A stretch of DNA of 64,000 nucleotides from an uncultured Verrucomicrobiae bacterium (GTDB lineage Bacteria > Verrucomicrobiota > Verrucomicrobiia > Chthoniobacterales > JAFAMB01): NCBI GenBank assembly GCA_963813025.1, contig CAWEXO010000013.1, positions 96,001 through 160,000 on the forward strand. Reading direction: 5' to 3'. Each line of letters starts with the position of its first letter. Positions within the stretch are counted from its first letter, which is position 1. This document shows, piece after piece, positions 51,321-63,513 of this stretch. Made by a program: the position numbers and the translations under genes. The notes below the pieces were generated by a model. It was not told where the DNA came from, did not search any database, and saw nothing but the letters and a program-made list of their open reading frames with translations.

Positions 51321-52443
51321 TGCCTAATTGCGTAAGTTAGTTATATGTATGGCGACTTTCCCCTGATGTACCTGGGATTTGGTCCATTCGAAGGGAGCCG
51401 CATTGTTATTGTAGTTCTTGATGAAGGTGTCGATGGCGTTGCGCAGCTCTGCCACGCTGGTGAAGTTTGCCCCCTGGAGGGCTTGGCGGCTCAAGATACT
51501 AAACCAGATCTCAATCTGGTTGAGCCAAGAAGCGTGGGTTGGAGTGAAATGAAAATGCACATTGGGGTGAGCCTTCAACCAGCGATCTTGCTTTGGCTTA
51601 TGGGTCGCAAGGTTGTCTAAGACCACATGAATTTCTTTGTCGAGATTTCCGGCAACTACCTGGTTCATAAACTCCAGGAATTCCCGTCGGCGCTGGCGCC
51701 GGTAATGACCAGCCTGCACTTGGCCGCTGGCAATGTTGAGGGCGGCAAAGAGAGTGGAGGTGCCATGGCGCTTGTACTCGTGGCTAAAACCCGTCAGCGC
51801 CCTGCCATTGGGCAAGCGAATCCAACCTTGGGCTCTTTCCAGGGCTTGAATGGCTGGTTTTTCATCAATGGCCAAGATGAGCGCATTCTGGGGCGGATTG
51901 AGATAAAGACCGACAATGTCAGCGGCCTTGCGCACAAACTCCGGATCGGTGGAAATGCACCAGCTGCGGCGCCGTTCCAATTCAATGCCTTGTTGGCGCA
52001 AAATGCGCCAGACTTGATCGGAGGAAACATCGGCCAGACTCTGCGCCAGCAGTCGCCCATTCCAGCGCCCGTAGCCCGCCGGTGGATCTTCATCCAGCAG
52101 CGCCAAGACCCGCTTGACCGTCATTTGATCATACTTGGCCGGCTTTCCACTGCGTGGCGCGTCTTCCAAGCCAGCCAGGCCTTGGCGCACAAAGCGCCGC
52201 CGCCATTTACTCACCGTCACCTCGGGAATGCGCAGGCTCTTGGCAATCGCACGTCCACTCAAGCCCGCTGCCGCCTTCAAGATAATCTGACTCCTGACCT
52301 TGAGCCGGTGTTCGACCCGTTGCGCTCGACTCCAACCCTCCAAGAGCTTGCGGTTTTCCACAGAAAGTTTGATGCGACCCGTTGCCATCCATCCAACAAA
52401 TCATAATTTTTCATAAATATAAAGAACTAAAGCAACTAAGTAC
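51320..52443 (-). mobile_element. IS630-family element with imperfect ~32-bp TIRs and TA duplication
   Basis: CTAG at 51317-51320 and 52443-52446. Left end gtgcctaattgcgtaagttagttatatgtatg versus reverse complement of right end gtacttagttgctttagttctttatatttatg. Confidence 0.88.
51324..52388 (-). CDS. IS630-family DDE transposase
   Basis: DEK, YKRHGT, LDN..TH and SWLNQIE.WF. Confidence 0.95.
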   Translation of the reverse strand: MATGRIKLSVENRKLLEGWSRAQRVEHRLKVRSQIILKAAAGLSGRAIAKSLRIPEVTVSKWRRRFVRQGLAGLEDAPRSGKPAKYDQMTVKRVLALLDEDPPAGYGRWNGRLLAQSLADVSSDQVWRILRQQGIELERRRSWCISTDPEFVRKAADIVGLYLNPPQNALILAIDEKPAIQALERAQGWIRLPNGRALTGFSHEYKRHGTSTLFAALNIASGQVQAGHYRRQRRREFLEFMNQVVAGNLDKEIHVVLDNLATHKPKQDRWLKAHPNVHFHFTPTHASWLNQIEIWFSILSRQALQGANFTSVAELRNAIDTFIKNYNNNAAPFEWTKSQVHQGKVAIHITNLRN

Positions 52444-52553
52444 TAGTCGGCATTGCTCGCAGATCCTTGAAGATTTCCGAGCGATGCAGAATTTGAGTTC
52501 GACGGAAAGGCCGGCTGGTTGAACCTTAGCGGGAATTCATTACTGATCTGGTT

Positions 52554-54239
52554 TTGAGCACCTCCGCTTTGCAGAACACGTCGGTCTGGTTGGCGTTACG
52601 CAACCGCGTTTTTACGGGTCTCTGGACGGTAAGCGTCATCTCGGGTTGCTGCATCGCTGCCCACGACACGGCGGCCACGTGGCTGATGAATGAATTGGGG
52701 GCGTCGCCCTTTTTGCTCTCGCTCATGGCGACGAGCGCCTCGTTGCCATTTTTTCTTCTCACGCTGCCCGCCGGCGCGTTTGCCGATCTGACAAATCGGC
52801 GAACACTTTTTGTCGTCAGTTATCTGTGGCTCGCGGCCGCCGCCGGACTTCTGGCGATCTGCACCTGGCTGAAGGTGGTTTCACCGTGGTTGATCCTGAC
52901 AACAGTTTTCTTGTTGGGTGTTGGCTTCGCCATCAATGCTCCCGTATGGGCTTCGGTCATTCCGGATATTGTTCGTCGCCGTGAACTGGCTTCCGCCGTC
53001 ACTCTCGGCGGAGTGCAGATGAACCTGGCGGGGATCATCGGCCCTGCGATCGGCGGTTTTCTGCTGTCATTTATCGGACCCGGCACCCTGTTTTTTTTCA
53101 ACTCGGTCGCGTTTCTCATTGCGGCCGGAACGATCGCGCGACGTTATCGCGATCGGCGGCGGCCTGCCGTCCATCTCGAGAATTTCCTGGAATCTTTTGC
53201 GACGGTCGCCCGCTACATTCGCTACACCCAGGGTATGCAGGTTATCGCGGCGCGAAACGCGATTTTCGCGTTCTTTATCTCGGTAGTTCCGGCGCTTGTT
53301 CCGGTGATCGCGTTCCATCGCCTCAATCTGCGGGCGAGCGAGCTGGGCATCGTCTTTACCGGTTTGGGAGTCGGCTCTTTGCTGGGAGCGACGGTCGTTC
53401 TGCCTTACTCCCGCGCCCGAGCGTCGCCGAACGCTTTAACGATCTTTGCCGGGATGATTCTCGTCGTGGTTTACCTCCTCTTGGAACTGGTGCGAGATGG
53501 CCGGGTATTTCCCTTGGTGGCGGTACTGGCGGGAATGAGCTGGGCGGTTTCGGCGACGGAGTTGTGGGTAGCCGGGCAACGAGCCATGCCGGCCTGGGCG
53601 CGCGGGCGGATGAACGCGGTCCATATGATGGTGTCTCAAGGGGGTGTGGCCCTGGGCGGTGTGATCTGGGGCTGGTCGGCGAATTCTTTGGGAATCGATC
53701 GAACCCTGCTCGGTGGGACCGTCCTGCTTTTTGCCAGCCTGCTTCTGGCGCTGCCATTATCGATCAATTTCGCCCAGCAACTTCAACTGGAACCGGCACC
53801 TCTCAGAGCACAACACGATTTTCCGGCTGAACCCGCGCTGCACGAAGGTCCGGTGGCAGTAACGATTGAGTTCAACATTCCACCGGAAAATCGCGAAAAA
53901 TTCCTGGAGATCATCGAAAAGGTGCGTCTGATTTTTCTCCGGAACGGAGCTTTTTCTTATCGCGTAGACGAAAACCTCGAAACGCCCGGCCGTTTTCGAA
54001 CAGAGATGTACGTCAGTTCATGGGCGGAGCATCTTCGGCAGCATGCGCGCATTACTCGCGAGGAAAATGATCTCTTTACAAGCATGTGGGCCCTGCACGT
54101 TGACGGCGTTGAGCCGTTAGTTCGGCATTATGTTGCCGCCAATCGCTCGGCGACGCCGCTCCTGTTCGGACATCCGAAATCAGGAGAGAGCGGCGCGACA
54201 GCAAAGGGAAACGGGGAGAGGAGTTCGGACAATCCTTGA
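52554..54239 (+). CDS. MFS transporter with C-terminal soluble domain (MFS_3/DUF894 type)
   Basis: About 12 TM segments, LPAGAFAD..NRR, and C-terminal GPVAVTIE...SWAEHLRQH. Confidence 0.88.
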   Translation: MSTSALQNTSVWLALRNRVFTGLWTVSVISGCCIAAHDTAATWLMNELGASPFLLSLMATSASLPFFLLTLPAGAFADLTNRRTLFVVSYLWLAAAAGLLAICTWLKVVSPWLILTTVFLLGVGFAINAPVWASVIPDIVRRRELASAVTLGGVQMNLAGIIGPAIGGFLLSFIGPGTLFFFNSVAFLIAAGTIARRYRDRRRPAVHLENFLESFATVARYIRYTQGMQVIAARNAIFAFFISVVPALVPVIAFHRLNLRASELGIVFTGLGVGSLLGATVVLPYSRARASPNALTIFAGMILVVVYLLLELVRDGRVFPLVAVLAGMSWAVSATELWVAGQRAMPAWARGRMNAVHMMVSQGGVALGGVIWGWSANSLGIDRTLLGGTVLLFASLLLALPLSINFAQQLQLEPAPLRAQHDFPAEPALHEGPVAVTIEFNIPPENREKFLEIIEKVRLIFLRNGAFSYRVDENLETPGRFRTEMYVSSWAEHLRQHARITREENDLFTSMWALHVDGVEPLVRHYVAANRSATPLLFGHPKSGESGATAKGNGERSSDNP

Positions 54240-54290
54240 TTGAAAGATGCCGCCGGAAGCTCCGCGAACTCCTCACGTCAAAAAAGCGGC

Positions 54291-55861
54291 CTACATCCGC
54301 AGTTCCTGATTGTTGGTTCCATCGAGAATCAGGAATTTTTCGTGGTGGTAGGTGGGATCTGTGCGGAAAGTCAGGCGGCCGGTATATTTGCGCTCGATTT
54401 CCACGAGCAGATCTTCGTCTTCGGTTCGGAGCCGGTTCAAGACTTCCGGGTGGACGATGACCCGCACGTCATGCACGTCCTGGTTTTTGCGCATGACGGT
54501 ATGCAGGGCGCGCTGGATTTCCACGCTCATGGTCATCGGGCTTTTCACAACTCCCGCGGCCATGGCAATAGGGGCAGGCAACAAACATCGAGCCGCTGAG
54601 ACTTTCCTGCGCGCGCTGCCGCGTCATTTCCATCAGGCCGAGAGCGGAAATCGGGAGGACGTGCGTTTTGGCTTTGTCGCGTTTCAAGGCGGTCCTTCAT
54701 CCGGTTGTAGACGAGTCTGCTGGTCCTTCCGGTTTTTCATGTCGATGAAATCGCCGATGATCAACCCGCCGATGTTGCGCAGCCGCAGCTGGCGCGCGAT
54801 TTCGTCCGCCGCTTCGAGATTGGTCTGCAGGATCGTCTTCTCGACGTCCTTGCCGCCTTTGTTGCGGCCGGTATTCACGTCGATGGCGATGAGCGCTTCG
54901 GTTTCGTCGATGACGATGTAGCCGCCGCACTTGAGCCAGACCTGGCGATGAAAGGCGTCGTCGATTTGCTTTTGCACGCCGAACCTTTCGAAGATCGGTG
55001 TCGGTTCGGTGTAATGAAAGATTCGATTTCGCGAGCGCTTGGAAATCTGCCCGACGAGCGACTGCATGCGTTCGACCGCACCGGCGTCATCGCAATAGAC
55101 AGCGTCGATTTCGTCGGTCAGAAAATCGCGCACGGTGCGTTCGATCAGGTCCGGCTCCTGAAAAAGCACGGCCGGCGCGGGCTCGGTCTTGAATAGCCTC
55201 TTCGATGTGTCGCCATTGTTCGAGCAGGAGGCCGAGGTCGCGCACGAAATAGCGGGCGCGCTGGCCTTCGCCGACGGTGCGGATGATGACGCCCATGCCC
55301 TCGGGGATATCGAGCTTCTGCAGGATTGTGCGCAGCCGCTCGCGCTCTTTCGGATCTTCGATTTTGCGCGAGATGCCGCTCTGGTCGCTGTGGGGCATGA
55401 GGACGAGATAACGTCCCGCGAGACTGATATTCGTCGTGATGCGCGGGCCCTTGTTGCTGATCGGCCCTTTCGTGACCTGCACGATGACTTCGGAGCCAAC
55501 CGGGTAGATCTCGGGCATGTCTTTGGCGGTGATCTTCTTCGTTGGCTTCGCGTTCGTTGCCGGTTGACTTCTTCGACGCCGCTATCGAGGCCCGGGAGTG
55601 CATCCCAGAAATGGAGAAAGGCGTTTTTCTCGAAGCCGATGTCGACGAACATGGCTTTCAGCCCATGCTCGATATTTTTGACTTTGCCTTTGAAGATGCT
55701 GCCGACGATGTTCCGATCGGTGTCGCGTTCGATGTTATATTCTTCGAGCACGCCGTCCTCGAGAAGGGCGACGCGCTCGTTCGAGTTTTTCGCAGCTGAT
55801 GATGAGTTGATTGCCCGTCTTTTTGGATTAGCCCCAGAAATTGCTTAACTTTTTCCAGCAT
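54291..55861 (-). CDS. rng: Rne/Rng-family ribonuclease, several frameshifts
   Basis: AMFVDIGFEKNAFLH, KGPRITT, IDVNTG, LRNIGG.I..DFIDM and CPYC.G across frames. Confidence 0.92.
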
Positions 55862-55895
55862 TGTACAGATTCCAAAAGAAAGTCCTGGTTTCCGG

Positions 55896-58156
55896 TCAGA
55901 AGAACAGGAAGTGTTTTTTCTTTGGTTGTTGATTTGGTTGCTGCGGCGATTGCTGGTTGCCTGTTCCGGTTTCGGCTTGTCTCCGGAAAAAATCGAAAAA
56001 GCTGTCGCCGCTGTGCTTGAGCCGGTTCGGGCTCGCGATGGTGGTTGATGAGTGTCCGCTTCCGCGCGGATATCCGGTTCTTCCTGGTGCGATCGGGAAG
56101 CATGGTGGGGAGGATTGGCGTGCCGTCGGAGACGTGGTCGGACGTTTCCTGGTCGACCGAAGCGTAATTGCGCTGGGGTACCGTGTTGTCTTTGAAGTTA
56201 ATCGCTTCGACAGGTTTAAAATTGCCGATCGCCGGATCCATCGGTTGTGGTCCGGGGTCATAGCCATGTGTCGAGACCGAGTGTTTCTTCGAGGATCTTC
56301 GAGGCCAGAGGCGCGGCAACGCCTCCGCCGGCTTTGCCGCCCTGAACCAGCACCGCCAAGGCGATCTTCGGGTGGTCATAAGGAGCGAAGGCGACGAACC
56401 AAGTATGATCATCTTTTTTTCCATCCCGCCAGAATTGAGCAGTTCCGGTTTTTCCGGCAACCTCGACTCCGGGAACCTGGGCTTTTCTCCGGTGCCGTCA
56501 GGTGCATTAACCACTCCCACATTCCTTTTCGCACCATCTCGATTTGTTCTTTGGACAAGATATTATCTTTCATCAGGTCGCCTCGGATTTTCGGCGGCCG
56601 GCGCACGATGTCCCGTCCGGCTGCTGAACCTGGTAGATCAGGCTTGGCTGGTAGGCTATTCCGCCATTTGCAACAGTCGCAGCAACCATCGCCATCTGGA
56701 GCGGACTTGCAAGAACGTAGCCTTGCCCAATGGAGGTATTAGCGGTCTGACCCTGGGTCCATTTTTCATTCTTGTTGATCTCCAGCCACTTCGGCGATGG
56801 TAGAATCCCGGGATCCTCGCCGCTGAGCTCGATCCCGGAAACCTGCCCCAATCCAAGAGTTGCTCCGACCTTGTCGATTGCATCAATCCCGGCGGCATTG
56901 CCATATTGGTAAAAATAGGCGTCACAAGAGTTCTTGATGGCCTCGACCAGAGTTTGCGGGCCATGATGACCACCTTTTTCCGCGATCCAGCAGCGCATGT
57001 AGGTGTTGCCATAGGTGACGCCCCCTGAGCAATAGAAGGCTGCTTTGGCGAGGCCGCGCGTCAAACCGGCCAGGGCCACGACAATTTTGTATGTTGACCC
57101 CGGGGCATAGGCGCTGATTGCCCGGTTGGTCAATGGGTCGGCATCGGCGTCTTTGATGCTCGCCCAATCAGCTGCCGAAATCGACGGGATAAACTTATTG
57201 GGATCAAATGAAGGCACCGATGCCATCGCCAGGATCTGGCCGTTATTCGGATCAACGACCACGCAAGCGCCTCTCCCGACCGATCGCATCGCGCGTTCGA
57301 CGATGTATTGGATCCGCGCATCGATCGTCAGGAAAACATTGGATCCGGGGTGGGATGAATGACTTCCTTGTCTCCTTCATACTGGTTTTTTGCGTTCTTC
57401 TTGATGATCCGTTTGCCGGGTTTGCCACGAAGTTCGTCATCCATGAAATACTCGATGTTGGTTCGGCCCTGCACATCGGGTTCATAGAAAGTAAAGTCTC
57501 GTATGTCGGGAAGTTTGTTGATGTCCTTGGGCGCGCCCGACATAGCCCAGAATCTGAGCGGCCAAAGCGTTGTAAACGTATTTGCGCACCGGCTTAACAT
57601 TGACCTGGACGCCAGGCAACCCGAGATCTTTTTCCGCAAACTTCGAAAAAGTAGCGAAGTCGAGATCTTCGCGATACGTGAAGGGCACCAGGTTATTGTT
57701 GCGAAAGTGTGCCCGGAGCCGTTGCGCATTGTACGGTTCCGCGACTTTGAGTTCCTGCAACCGAGGAACGATCGTCCGATCAACGATCTGTACGATATCG
57801 GGTTCCTTGCGATCGCGCAGATTGCCGAAAGAATCTTTGGCGTTGAACTCCAGCATCGGAGGTTCGCCAAATTGCTTTTTGTAACCGCTTACGAGGTCGG
57901 GCAGATAAAAGTCGACTTCATAGCTCGGCCGATTCGTCACCAGCACGACTCCGTTGCGATCCTTAATGTCTCCGCGCACGGCGGGGATTCGCACGGTGAC
58001 CTCCGAACTGCCCTGTATCCGGCTGCGGAAAGTACTATAAAGTTTAACCTGGACGAACCACAGCCGGACGCCCAGGGCCACTAGTGCCAGGACCATGAAG
58101 CCGGCCAGAAAAAGGATTCGGAAGTCGAGGATTGAGGGCTTCGAAACGCGGGCCAT
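55896..58156 (-). CDS. mrdA: Penicillin-binding protein 2, several frameshifts
   Basis: PAVRGDIKDRNG, PGSTYK (SxxK), SCD and SIGQG. Follows mreD. The 3' end is approximate. Confidence 0.88.
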
Positions 58157-58236
58157 AAACGGTTAGCCAACTCGGATTTCGGGGGGCGTCCTGTTGGCTG
58201 CCGCCCAGCGGCAGGAACCCTCCACCAGCCGCTGCA

Positions 58237-58785
58237 TCAGCGAACACTTCCACTTAACCCGGGCCGGTAATTCAGCCAATGGGAGAGCGGCGTGAGAATA
58301 AAAAATACACACGGGTTGAGGAAGATCGAGAGAAGGCCAGGGCCAAAAATCCGCCATAGTATAACGTCACTAATAAAAAATTCACGTCGCGCAAAACTCA
58401 AAATCGCATATTCCGCAATCAAAATGACCGGCGTGAACAAGGCGCTCAGTTCCGCCAGCCAGAAATGAATTACCCAGCGATTGCGCAAGAAAAGAGGGCG
58501 AAATCCGTGCATGACCAAGCCCGGTAAGAACCAGATGAGCACCGACGTCCCTAAGGGAAAATCGCTGCGGGCCGGGTCGGGAAGGACCAGCAGGTCCTTA
58601 AGGAGACCAGTGAAAAGGGTAATACCCAGCACCAGCGGAAACGGGAAAGCGAGACAACTGTAAAAGTAGATCGCCGGCACGAGAAGGATTGACGCTCCTT
58701 TGAGCAATAAGAGGGGTGGTACGAATCGTTGGAACAGAAAAAAAACAAAGGTCAGAAAAAGAATCGCCGCGAAAAACCTGATCAT
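58237..58785 (-). CDS. mreD: Rod shape-determining protein MreD-like membrane protein
   Basis: Hydrophobic 182 aa with GLLKDL, between mreC and mrdA. Confidence 0.7.
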   Translation of the reverse strand: MIRFFAAILFLTFVFFLFQRFVPPLLLLKGASILLVPAIYFYSCLAFPFPLVLGITLFTGLLKDLLVLPDPARSDFPLGTSVLIWFLPGLVMHGFRPLFLRNRWVIHFWLAELSALFTPVILIAEYAILSFARREFFISDVILWRIFGPGLLSIFLNPCVFFILTPLSHWLNYRPGLSGSVR

Positions 58786-59585
58786 CGTCCGCCCCGGATA
58801 ACAAAGACATCCTTGATGTCGGCCAAATCAACTGCTGGAGTGACCGTGGCGACTCCCTCGAGCTCTTTGACCGCGAAATCTTTCACCACTCCAACCAGGA
58901 CGCCGGAAGGAAATACTCCGCCTCTTCCCGCCGTTACGACACGCATTCCAGGCTTGATGTTCGCGGTCTTGCTGAGAAAACGGATACGAAGATCGGGGGC
59001 GTAATTGGAGGAAACCGGCGTTCCGCTAATGATGCCTTTTTCCTGTGTCCCTTCGATTTCGACGGAGACTCGCAAGCTCTCGTCGGAAATCAGCAGGACC
59101 CGGGAGATATCGCGGCTGACGCCAGTCAGTTTGCCGACCAGACCGGCTTCGGTTACGACAGCCATATCAGTCGCGAGTTCGTCCCGGGCGCCTCGATCAA
59201 TCGTACAGGTGTTCCACCAGGTCGCATTGTCCCGTGAGATGATCTCGGCTGGCGCTAGCTGGAAAGGGGATTGCTCCTGGAATCCGAGAGCGCGATTAAG
59301 CCGGTTGACTTCTCCCTCCAGGTTTTCAGAAGAGCATTCGTGGCGCGTAGCTGTTCGTTCTCGCGGCGCAGCCGCCGATTTTCGGCTTCCAGCACATCGT
59401 GCCGGCGCAGGCTTCCGCTGACGCCGCCAATCCGCTCCTGGACAAGTGCGCCTGCCCGCAAAACAGGGGAGATCGCTTGGAGAAGGCCGTTCTGCATGTG
59501 TTGTTTCAACGATTTTGGCAGCAGCAAAACAGCCGCTGCCAAGAAGCAAGAAGACGCCGAGGGCAATGATGTTACTGCTCCTCAT
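58782..59585 (-). CDS. mreC: Rod shape-determining protein MreC, frameshifted
   Basis: Coiled coil (ENRRLRRENEQL), IDRG, GLVGK and VVTAG.GGVFPSG. Confidence 0.9.
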   Translation of the reverse strand: MRSSNIIALGVFLLLGSGCFAAAKIVETTHAERPSPSDLPCFAGRRTCPGADWRRQRKPAPARCAGSRKSAAAPRERTATRHECSSENLEGEVNRLNRALGFQEQSPFQLAPAEIISRDNATWWNTCTIDRGARDELATDMAVVTEAGLVGKLTGVSRDISRVLLISDESLRVSVEIEGTQEKGIISGTPVSSNYAPDLRIRFLSKTANIKPGMRVVTAGRGGVFPSGVLVGVVKDFAVKELEGVATVTPAVDLADIKDVFVIRGGR

Positions 59586-59599
59586 GAGAGGGCCGCTTT

Positions 59600-60634
<1,035 letters not shown>

Positions 60635-60844
60635 TCAAAGTCTACCTGATTTATTCTGTTGCCGTTTCAATCCCAGCCTCTAGCGGGTAAATCGTTTGCC
60701 GGCCCCTTGGCTCCGCGTTCAGGCCTGGGTCGGTAGAAGCCCTTGTATCTAGGTAGGCGTATGGTCATCGTCAAGGAAACATCGAAGCTTTGTGACTGGA
60801 CCGTCAATTGACTGAGCCCTGATCTGCTGCTCAGATCTCTAGCC

Positions 60845-61324
60845 ATGCTGATGGTTGGGATTATTACGATTTCGGATCGGGCGGCGGGGGGTACCTATGA
60901 GGATCTCAGCGGGCCGGCTCTGGCGGCCGTTGTCCGAAAATACGGCTGGGAGGTTCAGGCCGAGGCGCTGGTACCGGATGAGCTGGAGTCCATCCAGTCA
61001 GCAGTGCGATCTTTTGCCGCGCAGGGCTGCCAGCTTATCCTCACGACAGGCGGTACGGGGATTGCCCGGCGTGACATCACGCCTGAAGCAATACGTGGCA
61101 TTATGAGGGTCGAATTGCCGGGCTTCGGCGAGGTGATGCGCGCCGAGTCCATGAAGCTGACCCCGAATGCGATCTTGTCACGGAACCTGGCTGCTGTCGT
61201 GGATCAGGCTTTGGTCATTGCCTTGCCTGGCAAACCGCAAGGTGCTCTCGATTGCCTGAGCTTTGTGGCGGCGGCGATACCGCACGCCGCGAAAGTCGCG
61301 GCTGAGCTCCCGACGTCGTGCTAG
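60845..61324 (+). CDS. mog: Molybdopterin adenylyltransferase (MogA/MoaB family)
   Basis: ISDRA...YEDLSG, TTGGTG..RDITPEA and LPGKP. Confidence 0.9.
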   Translation: MLMVGIITISDRAAGGTYEDLSGPALAAVVRKYGWEVQAEALVPDELESIQSAVRSFAAQGCQLILTTGGTGIARRDITPEAIRGIMRVELPGFGEVMRAESMKLTPNAILSRNLAAVVDQALVIALPGKPQGALDCLSFVAAAIPHAAKVAAELPTSC

Positions 61325-61332
61325 CCGGTGGG

Positions 61333-61383
61333 AGTGCCAGTGCCAATGTCAGTGTCAGTGTCAGTGTCAGTGCCAGTGTCAGT
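61333..61383 (+). repeat. Hexamer tandem repeat (CAGTGY)n
   Basis: agtgcc agtgcc aatgtc agtgtc agtgtc agtgtc agtgcc agtgtc agt. Confidence 0.9.
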
Positions 61384-61496
61384 CGGCTTATCGGACTTTG
61401 ACGCCAGTCCCCGAAGGGACTTCAGGACTCAGCGTCAGTGGAGCAGATCGATCTTGCCGTTGCAGAGCGCCCGTAGGCCGTGAATCGTGTCAGGCG

Positions 61497-62369
61497 AGCG
61501 TCAATGCACCGCCCTTCTGGAAGAAGGCCCTGGGCATTCTCGGAACCGTTTTCCTGCTCACCTACCTCACGGATCTGGTCGGGGCCGCCGTTGTCAGCGC
61601 TTTGGGCTGGGTCGGCTGCCAGCTGTTGCATCTTCCTTACCTCCTTTCGATTCCGCTTTGGTTTTCGGGTTACCTTTTTATTTACAACGTCGATAAAGTT
61701 TATCTGGACCCGGCGGACTCGGTGAACGTGCCACGGCGGGTTCAATGGGCAACGGTTTTACGACAAGTTCGCTTTGTTCTGATCGGGCTTTCCATTCTGG
61801 TACTCGCCAGCTGGCCCCTGCTTCAGGGACAGTGGTGGTTAAGCTTGGCGGTTTTCGGGCTTGGCGGCGCCCTTATTTTCTACTCACGGCCAATTCCCTG
61901 GCTCGGTTACCGAGTGAAGGATCTGCCGTTTGTGAAATCGCTTCTGGTCCCTCTGGTTATCGCGGCGGCGCTGATCGGTTTACCACTTCTGGAAAACCGC
62001 CGAATGCCGGGGCGCAGAGAACTTTTGGTTTTTTGCTGGTGTCTGGTCGTGCTGGCGATCAACAACTTGGTTTTCGATTATCGCGATATTGTCGGTAACC
62101 GGCTGCAGCGGACGCACACTCTGGCCTCTCAGTTGGGACCAATGGGCACCCGGCGTTTGTTTGGCGCACTGTGTTTTTGTCTTTTGACACTCACGACCGC
62201 GCTGGCTCTTGATAGAATCACGACCGCCGCGATGCCGCTGGTCTTGTTCTTCGGCTGTGGCTTTCTGGGCGTCGCCCTGTGTACCGCGAGAGATCCGCTC
62301 GTGTTGAGCCTGGCGGCTGATTTCCTCCTGTTTGCTCCCGCTATTGCGGAGCTGACCCGACATCATTGA
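61497..62369 (+). CDS. UbiA-family prenyltransferase-like membrane protein (start uncertain)
   Basis: YNVDK..DPADSVNVPRR and FDYRDIVGN motifs, about 8 TM segments. Confidence 0.65.
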   Translation, partial: SVNAPPFWKKALGILGTVFLLTYLTDLVGAAVVSALGWVGCQLLHLPYLLSIPLWFSGYLFIYNVDKVYLDPADSVNVPRRVQWATVLRQVRFVLIGLSILVLASWPLLQGQWWLSLAVFGLGGALIFYSRPIPWLGYRVKDLPFVKSLLVPLVIAAALIGLPLLENRRMPGRRELLVFCWCLVVLAINNLVFDYRDIVGNRLQRTHTLASQLGPMGTRRLFGALCFCLLTLTTALALDRITTAAMPLVLFFGCGFLGVALCTARDPLVLSLAADFLLFAPAIAELTRHH

Positions 62370-62453
62370 CACCAGCACTGAACCCTGACGCTGACACTGA
62401 CACTGTCACTGTCACTGTCACTGGCACTGGCACTGTCACTGGCACTGTCACTG
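62367..62453 (-). repeat. Hexamer tandem repeat (CACTGN)n, inverted relative to 61333-61383
   Basis: ctgaca/ctgtca/ctggca units. Confidence 0.9.
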
Positions 62454-62502
62454 CCCCCCGCTCGCCGCTTGCGCTCAATTTTGCCGCGCCCTAAGATAGA
62501 CC

Positions 62503-63504
62503 GTGGAAGATCACTTCGGGCACCGCATCGATTATCTCCGTGTTTCCATTACAGATCGTTGCAACGAGCGGTGCCAGTATTGTATGCCGCAAGAGCTGCA
62601 GGAATGGCTCCCGCACACCGAAATTTTGACCTATGACGAGATCGCTCGGCTGTGTCAGGTCGCCGCTGGATTGGGCGTGCGGAAACTGCGCGTAACCGGA
62701 GGCGAACCGCTGACTCGCCGGGAGGTCTTGACGCTTTTTCAGCTGTTGAGCGAGATCAAAGGCATAGAAGAAATCGGCTTATCGACCAACGGATCGCTTT
62801 TAGGGAAAGAGGTTCGGCCTGGTACAACGATGGCTGAGGCGCTCCGTGGGTTTAAAATCAACAGCGTCAATATTTCCCTGGATACCCTTAATCCGGTCAA
62901 ATATCAACAGATCACCGGGCGCGATTTTCTGGAGCGAACACTGACCGGTATTCGCGCCGCCCAACGCGCCGGGTTTTCGCAAATCAAGTTGAATGCTGTG
63001 CTGATGCGGCATCGCAACGAAGACGATCTCGGGCGATTGGTGGAGTTTGCCCGCCGCGAAAAGCTGCTTCTGCGGTTTATTGAATTGATGCCGGTGACGA
63101 CAACGGAGGTTCTCACTGAGGAGAATTTCCTGCCCATCGCCGAGGCCCGCCGCGCGATTGAGAAACAGTTTGGCGACCTGGCGCCCGATCCCGATTTTCG
63201 AACCAATGGCCCGGCGATCTATCATCGGTTTCGTGATTACCCACAGAGAGTTGGTTTTATCGGCGCGATGACCAACCTTCATTTTTGCGAATCGTGCAAC
63301 AAGCTTCGGCTGACCTGTGACGGTAAGCTGCGACCGTGTTTGGGAAGTCACCTCGAGTTTGATATCAAGGCTCCTCTCCGGGCCGGCGCGACTGATGGAG
63401 AGTTGCGACGGTTTTTTTTGCAAGTGGTAGATCGCAAACCGCAACAGCACGATTTCCGGGACAACTATCAGCCAGGGCGAAAGATGGTAGCGATCGGAGG
63501 CTAG
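62503..63504 (+). CDS. moaA: GTP 3',8-cyclase
   Basis: CNERCQYC, TGGEP, FCESCNKLRL..DG...PCL and C-terminal IGG. Confidence 0.96.
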   Translation: MEDHFGHRIDYLRVSITDRCNERCQYCMPQELQEWLPHTEILTYDEIARLCQVAAGLGVRKLRVTGGEPLTRREVLTLFQLLSEIKGIEEIGLSTNGSLLGKEVRPGTTMAEALRGFKINSVNISLDTLNPVKYQQITGRDFLERTLTGIRAAQRAGFSQIKLNAVLMRHRNEDDLGRLVEFARREKLLLRFIELMPVTTTEVLTEENFLPIAEARRAIEKQFGDLAPDPDFRTNGPAIYHRFRDYPQRVGFIGAMTNLHFCESCNKLRLTCDGKLRPCLGSHLEFDIKAPLRAGATDGELRRFFLQVVDRKPQQHDFRDNYQPGRKMVAIGG

Positions 63505-63513
63505 AACTGCGCG

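Noticed and set aside
61263..61496. Poly-(CQ) N-terminus (ECQCQCQCQCQCQ) suggesting a Cys-rich metal-binding or RiPP-like peptide
   Set aside because: It is a translation of the hexamer repeat, and the ORF start overlaps the end of mog.
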